From positions 13,313 through 77,312 of the forward strand of contig WJJJ01000022.1 in NCBI GenBank assembly GCA_014729775.1: a stretch of 64,000 nt of DNA, given 5' to 3'. This stretch comes from Candidatus Omnitrophota bacterium (GTDB lineage: Bacteria; Omnitrophota; Gorgyraeia; Duberdicusellales; 4484-171). Positions 61,901 to 64,000 of the stretch are shown here, piece by piece. Within the stretch, counting starts at the first letter, position 1, and every line of letters begins with the position of its first letter. Made by a program: the position numbers and the translations under genes. The notes under the pieces are model-generated. The model was not told the origin of the DNA, made no database searches, and was given only the letters and a program-made list of their open reading frames with translations.

Positions 61901-64000
61901 CTCCCTGACACCCCGAAACATCCTGAATATGCAGATCGGTCCCGCTCACGAAAAACGGATTCTCGTTGAGCGAATTGGCATCTTCCGAAGTCGCGGCCTG
62001 CCAGTCAGAAAGGGTTGTCTGAGCGCCGGCATAATAGCCGATAGTGGCTCCGGCCGGGGCGTAGAGATTATTGTAATCCGAATTAAACGTGTAGGTAGCT
62101 TTATCGCCACGGGCGTAAAAACAATAGTCTCCCGAGTTCCCGGAGGTAAGATGCATGATGTTGTTTCGGAAATCTCCGTTCGTACCCTGGTAGCGATACA
62201 GACAGATGTCGTCATCCAGATACAGGGAATTAAAATACATTTCGGTATCGTCACAGCGGTACAGGTACACGCCGTAGTTCCCGACGTTATAAATCATATT
62301 ATTATAAATCTGTATGCCGTCGGCATACCGCAAATACATCCCAAACAGATCACCGTTGATCTCATTGCCGCGAATCACATTGTTGTCGCAGTTATCGTGC
62401 ACTCTGATCCCGGTATAGTTCCCGGAAGTCCCGACGTTATAAATATAGTTTCCGCTGATCACGTTGTTGCCGGCGCCGTTCTCCAATAAAATCCCGTGCT
62501 CACTGCAGTTAGTAATATCAAAACCGTCAAGGGTAATGTAATCGGCCCCGTCCAGATAAAATACGTAGGTGCCTCCTTCCACGGTCACCGACTCCCCGGC
62601 GGCCTCCTGGATGATGATGGTGTTGACCGCGCTGACGCCGGCAATTTCGGCAATGTCGACCTGGCCCATGTAGGTACCCGAATACACGTCGATCGTCACC
62701 GCCCCGCTCACTCCGCTGAATTCTAAATCGCTGACTGCGGCAATGATCGTCAGGTAATCGCCGCTGCCGTCCTGTTTGACAGTATAGGTCCCGCTCATTT
62801 TCGCCGGGGCGGGGTTGAGATTTTCATCGGCACCGATATCCGGAGGCGTACCGCGCGCGTCGCCGTCGTAATCAGCACTGACCCCGGCAACGGCATTACC
62901 TGCGCCTTGACAGGGTGAGTTATCCTGGATATGGAGGTCGGTTGAGGACACAAACTGGGGATTGAGGGCAATGGAATTGGCATCCTGCCCGGTAGCCGCC
63001 TGCCAGTTGGCCAGAGTACTTTGGGCGCCGCCGTAGTAACCGGTACTCGCGCCGGCCGGCGCGTAGAAGTCGTTATAATCGGAGGTGAATCCGCTTCCCT
63101 GGGCGTAGATACAGTAATACCCGGCGTTGGTCGAGGTGTTGAGCAACACGTTATTTTCAATCGTGTTCCCGCTGCCGTTGACTACCCGCAGGCACCGGCC
63201 GAAGGTGTGATAGACTGAATTGAAATAGACATCGGTATTGGAAGTAACATCCAGATAGATCCCATAATAATCACCAAGGATCATGTTATTTACAATACTG
63301 TTGCCGGCAGTGTAGGCGTCACAGTACACGCCCGAATAATTACCACTGTTGCCGATGTTATGGATGTAGTTCTTGCTGATGGTATTGTAATTGGCGTAGT
63401 TGGAAAGGTATACCCCGTGCCGGTTGGTGTTGGAGATATCAAACCCTTCGATCGTAACGTAATCGGCACCGTCTAAATGAAACGCGTAATCACTGCCCTC
63501 GACCGCCGCGTTCTCTCCGGCCGCCTGGCGGATGACCACCGGATTGGCGGCACTCGCCCCGGGGATTTCCTCGATCGTCACCTCGTTCATGTACGTTCCG
63601 GTATACACATCAATGGTCACCCCTGGCGCGGCGACCCCGCGGTATTCCAGATCGGCAACCACGTCGATGAGCCGGGTGTAGTCGCCGCCTCCGCCCTGCT
63701 GTACGGTGTACGTCCCGCTTAACGGCGCCGGCGGCGCGTTTAGATTCTCATCGGCGCCGATATCCGGTGGCGTGCCGCGCGCGTCCCCGTCGTAGTCAGC
63801 CGCAATTCCCCCGACCGCATTCCCCGCTCCCTGGCAGGGCGAAGCGTCCTGGATGTGCAGATCGGCCGCGTCCGTAAAAAACGGATTGGTGGAGATCGAA
63901 TTGGCGTCCTCAGCCGTCGCGGCCTGCCAGTGAGCCAGGGTGTTTTGCGCGCCGCCGTAGAAGCCGACGTTGGCGCCGTTGGGTGCGTACAGGTCGTTGT
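49947..64000 (-). CDS. Giant secreted/surface protein of tandem right-handed parallel beta-helix (PbH1/NosD-like) domains, N-terminus beyond window end (partial, >4,680 aa)
   Basis: At least 13 complete ~330-aa repeats in the window, each ending ...DYDGDARxxxPDIGADEN-LNPPP-MSGTYTVKQDGSGDY. Each carries conserved Cys (NCDxN, RCDD, DYCFY, SPCQGAG). The ORF-track GTG at 63662 is not the start: the same frame stays open to position 64000 (...DIGADENLNAPPAPLSGTYTVQQGGGGDYTRLIDVVADLEY...). A unique ~295-aa C-terminal domain ends ...TVTIGCAEAP. Confidence 0.85.
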   Translation of the reverse strand, partial: NDLYAPNGANVGFYGGAQNTLAHWQAATAEDANSISTNPFFTDAADLHIQDASPCQGAGNAVGGIAADYDGDARGTPPDIGADENLNAPPAPLSGTYTVQQGGGGDYTRLIDVVADLEYRGVAAPGVTIDVYTGTYMNEVTIEEIPGASAANPVVIRQAAGENAAVEGSDYAFHLDGADYVTIEGFDISNTNRHGVYLSNYANYNTISKNYIHNIGNSGNYSGVYCDAYTAGNSIVNNMILGDYYGIYLDVTSNTDVYFNSVYHTFGRCLRVVNGSGNTIENNVLLNTSTNAGYYCIYAQGSGFTSDYNDFYAPAGASTGYYGGAQSTLANWQAATGQDANSIALNPQFVSSTDLHIQDNSPCQGAGNAVAGVSADYDGDARGTPPDIGADENLNPAPAKMSGTYTVKQDGSGDYLTIIAAVSDLEFSGVSGAVTIDVYSGTYMGQVDIAEIAGVSAVNTIIIQEAAGESVTVEGGTYVFYLDGADYITLDGFDITNCSEHGILLENGAGNNVISGNYIYNVGTSGNYTGIRVHDNCDNNVIRGNEINGDLFGMYLRYADGIQIYNNMIYNVGNYGVYLYRCDDTEMYFNSLYLDDDICLYRYQGTNGDFRNNIMHLTSGNSGDYCFYARGDKATYTFNSDYNNLYAPAGATIGYYAGAQTTLSDWQAATSEDANSLNENPFFVSGTDLHIQDVSGCQGAGVAIGGYPTDYDGDSRATPPDIGADENLNPPPAPMSGTYTVKPDGSGDYLTIVAAVSDLESKGVSGVVTVDVYSGTYMSQVDIGEIPGASAANTVTIQEASGETVTVEGNTYVFHLDGTDYLTVKGFDMTNVTQDGVFLENGANNNTIEGNNIYNIGTSSGASGVYVYDNCDDNSILGNEIDGDNNGIYMRYADGAVVANNLITGVNNYGIYLFRGDDAEVHYNSVSIDQDYCFRKYQGSNHDIKNNIFYNYSTNTGHYCMRFDGDVGSYPFTSDYNDIYAPNGANVAYYGGVRATLSDWQGASGQDANSISQNPQFVAVDDLHIEDVSPCQNSGTALAGYTADFEGDARGTPPDIGADENLNPPPVPMSGTYTVKQDGSGDYLTIVAAVSDLEFNGVNGPVIIDVYSGTYMSEVAISEITGAGSSNTVTFKESAGETVVVEGDTYGFYLDGADYIVIEGFEITGTDEHGIFLENAANNNVISNNYIHDVGTTGGYAGIRIDENCDFNEVEGNRIEGDRFGVYLRYADDSRIHNNMISDCYDYGIYIYRCDDIECNFNSVYIDGDRCLYKYQGTNGEYQNNVLYNYSSNSGFYCFYNADGDKATYSFTSDYNDLYAPVGANIGYYGSARVTLNDWQTATAEDANSISQNPQFTSSSDLHIQDASPCQGAGTALAGYTDDYDGDARADPPDIGADENPNPPPAALSGTYTVKQDGSGDYLTIVAAVSDLESKGVSGAVTIDVYSGTYMSQVDIGEIPGASAANTIAIQEASGETVVVEGNIYVFFLDGTDYLTLSGFEITNADEHGIYLTNGAQNNIITENYIHSVGDSGGYAGVYLDNNCHDNEISNNRIDGDRFGVYMQYSDNLSVYNNMITGVGDFGLYINRCDEGEFYFNSIHIDNDYCIYKFRGSDNDFQNNILSLTSTNAGDYCFYNGDGDIATYPFTSDYNDFYAPYGASAGYYNSVRDTLSDWQSATSQDANSISTNPYFASDSDLHLEDVSPCQGAGISAGGISDDYDGDARAATPDIGADENLNPPPAAMSGTYTVKTDGSGDYLTIIAAVSDLESNGVNGAVTVDVYSGTYTGQVDMEQIPGASAANTIIIQEASGESVEIDANGSTYIWYLDDTDYVTIRGFEMYESTQHGVYLTNFARYNTIEGNYIHDVGAEGNYAAIRLDDNSGNNTLLNNMILSDYYGVYLYQVSNVDVHFNSISNTFGRCIHKNQGSNNDFQNNILSNTSANANYYCFFNQDGDKATYSFTSDYNDFYAPNGVSAGYYGSARAALADWQTATAEDANSISGDPQFGSPQDLHIGYNSACQGQGTAIGGISGDYDGDSRAATPDIGADENTSAGNAMSGTYTVKKDGSGDYLSIGAAVNDLEALGVSGAVTIDVYSGTYAETIDLSAVTGAGAANTITIQEASGENVTVDAEGEENVVHLDGADYITIQGFELTDCTQDGVLLDNAATDNTITGNYLYGTGTGGNYSSVYIDTASNDNTVSANRMTADRYGVYLNSADGTVIDNNMIADASYAAIYMDDADNTEVYYNSIRQEVNRCIYKNQGTNNEFRNNAVFQVGNNLGYYCFFVADGDKSTYTFTSNYNDFYAPNARVGYYGGAQASLSDWQTATSEDANSISSDPDFLSSTNLHISNSSSCLAKGAGIAGFTTDFDGEARGTPPDIGADENLGGSTPMSGVYTVIAAGGGNYTAITQAASDLNDEGVSGWVRIDVYDGMYSGQVNLEDIPGASSSNTIAIREFPGEDVTVDGDTYGFYLSDSDYVTIDGFEITSCTEHGIYLDDYATNNTIQNNYIHTVGTSGNYAGIRVDADCDDNTIAGNEIVGDRYGLYLRYADGTSIYNNMIYDVGYYGVYIYRCDDMEFLFNSIDNDGGRCLYKYQGANGDYRNNILSNTSTNSGHYCFYNGDGDKASYSFTSDYNDFYVPSGASAGYYGGAQASLADWQTATAEDANSLSKNPRFTAADDLHIQNISPCQGAGISAGGISDDYDGDARAATPDIGADENLNAPPPPMSGSYTINQDGSGDYTSFSLAVDNLDALGVSGAVTFDVYDDGGGTYTEEVEIPEIVGAGSSNTITFREAAGESVLVNGDVYGFYLNGADYVIIEDFEITSCTEHGVYMTNGATNNILRDTYIYDAGTSGNYASVRIDTGCHDNEVSANTIEGDYYGLYLLLADRTQVYNNMIYEVNYYGIYMNRCDDTGVYFNSVYSDIGRSLYKYRGTGNEFQNNILYNNSTNSGYYCFYNADGDKATYSFSSDYNDLYAPNGASIGYYGSAQSTLGDWQTATSEDANSISQNPLFTSTSDLHIADASPCQGAGTSAGGVSDDYDDDARAATPDIGADENTNPPPPPMSGNYTIKQDGTGDYTSFSDAVSDLNLLGVGGAVVFDVYDDGGATYPEEVELSEISGASAANTITFQEAAGESVAINGDTYAFYLNGADYVTIQGFDITSTTQHGIYLTSGASNNVIEDNYLYGIGSGGNYAAIRLDTSCDDNEIAGNEIDGDYYGVYLYFADGTTIYNNMIYGVDYYGVYMNRANNTDCYFNSISNDNGRCIQKYRGTGNDFQNNVLYNSYTASNRYCFYVQDGDIATYPFTADYNDMYAPNGASIGYYGSDQAALSDWQTATGQDANSISQNPRFTAADDLHIADASPCQGAGTSAGGISDDFDGDARAATPDIGADENTNPVPPPMSGNYTINQDGSGDYTSFTLAVADLELLGVGGAVIFDVYDDGGANYVEEVEIGEIAGASSSNTITFREAAGESVLVNGDANAFYFDGADYITLQGFTITSTSEEAVYLVNGATNNVIKGNYFYSTGSGGNYAAIRLDTSCDDNEIAGNEIDGDYYGIYMYFADGNKIYNNMIYNAGNYGVYLNRCDNTEFYFNSIRHDGDYCLRKYRGLGNDFQNNVFANVSTNANDYCLRMDGAIGSYPYTSDYNDFYTPSGAHVAYNNGSDEETLADWQAATGQDANSIDRNPRFTAADDLHIADASPCQGAGISAAGISDDFDGDARAATPDIGADENTNPVPPPMSGGYTINQDGTGDYTSFALAVDDLEVLGVNGAVTFDVYDDGGANYVEEVEIGPIAGASAANTITFREAAGETVLVNGDQYAFFLDGADYIRLEGFDITSTTDHGVYLTDGATNNVIRENYIYNVGSGGNYAGIRIDTSCDDNEISGNEIAADYYGVYLYYADGTKVYNNMIYDTSGYGAYIYRCDDTEFYFNSIYMAVRCVLKFQGSNNDFQNNILYNHSTNSGHYCFYNQDGNIASYPFTSDYNDMYAPNGASIGYYGGVQSTLSDWQTATGQDANSFSSNPLYTSTTDLHIGDGSPCQNTGTALAGYSDDYDGDARADPPDIGADENLNPKPAPLSGTYTIKTDGSGDYVSFTAAVSDLVNRGVGGAVTFDVYSGTYVEEVSLEEVNGASSSNTITFQEALGETVTVNGSTYGFDLNSADFITIQGFDITSCTEHGIYLHNYATNNVIDGNYISGVGTSGNYANIYLDDNCNDNEIRNNTLEGDRFGIYFRYSAAVKVYNNMIYGMNGGYGIYLYRNTNAEVYYNSVSIVNDYCIYNYQGTGNDFQNNIMSISSNSTGDYCFYSADSNYTSDYNDFYAPNNAQAGRQGGSSYAELSDWVSGTGQDANSISRDPQFTSSTDLHIQDDSLCQQQGNAIAGYTTDFDGDARADPPDIGADENLNALSVPLLEWVGDIAAYTGDGLDPEIGGTTTTFSYRVRYTHYGDQAPDSIQVHLDENGLGAWTGYAMLEEDPGDTDYSDGKIYYYDTTFAWDPAGVMDNLSYYFTASEGGDSAVSLGTDPVPTDSSQAINAPDITKTISILITDPVPAEWNIPGIVGAGETVTMDSADKITIENDGDVNEQFSAQLTDPAAWSSGSSAGNDIYVMKCIFCGTSDVPGQFDFASDDVATTSEVSATSAIFAGFATNAESVPAGEERALYLQFVAPNPNTEKTEQTITVTIGCAEAP
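50830..64000 (-). repeat. Tandem array of ~990-bp coding repeats with long stretches of near-identical nucleotide sequence
   Basis: Near-identical blocks recur about 1020 bp apart, for example ttccacgtagttagccccgccgtcgtcgtagacgtcaaag at ~52660 and ~53680. Another example is ggtgttctcgtcggcgccgatatcgggcgtcgc at ~52810 and ~53830. Confidence 0.8.

Noticed and set aside
50830-64000. Possible CRISPR-like or non-coding tandem repeat
   Set aside because: The period is ~990 bp, not 60-70 bp, and the repeats are in-frame coding units of one giant ORF. There are no spacer-like unique segments.

Overview
This is a 64-kb, high-GC bacterial window in which almost every gene is on the minus strand; the GGDEF gene at 3938..5101 is the only convincing plus-strand CDS. 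Gene content points to a strict anaerobe: rubredoxin, flavodiiron protein, rubrerythrin-like proteins, electron-bifurcating-type EtfAB, GTP-type PEP carboxykinase and LDH. A spirochaete- or deltaproteobacterium-like organism is possible but unproven. Housekeeping genes present are queA, smc, etfBA, purC, pckG, fusA, ldh, xth and nrnA. Accessory content includes a GH65 phosphorylase coupled to a fused beta-PGM/trehalose-phosphatase, an overlapping MMPL-RND / LolA-like / outer-membrane beta-barrel trio, and an O2/ROS-detox cluster with a rubredoxin gene that falls below the 60-aa ORF cutoff. A MarR-TolC-RND efflux locus has no adaptor gene. The window ends in a giant protein of more than 4,680 aa made of tandem right-handed beta-helix domains, cut off by the window edge. 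A REP-flanked IS200-like (RAYT) transposase sits beside that giant gene. The most unusual feature is three EF-G-family genes in one window: canonical fusA, a divergent EF-G-like paralog with altered G motifs, and a 1151-aa ORF in which a recently duplicated full EF-G is fused behind an N-terminal transmembrane helix, a long K/E coiled coil and an acidic disordered linker. No rRNA, tRNA or CRISPR was detected by eye.
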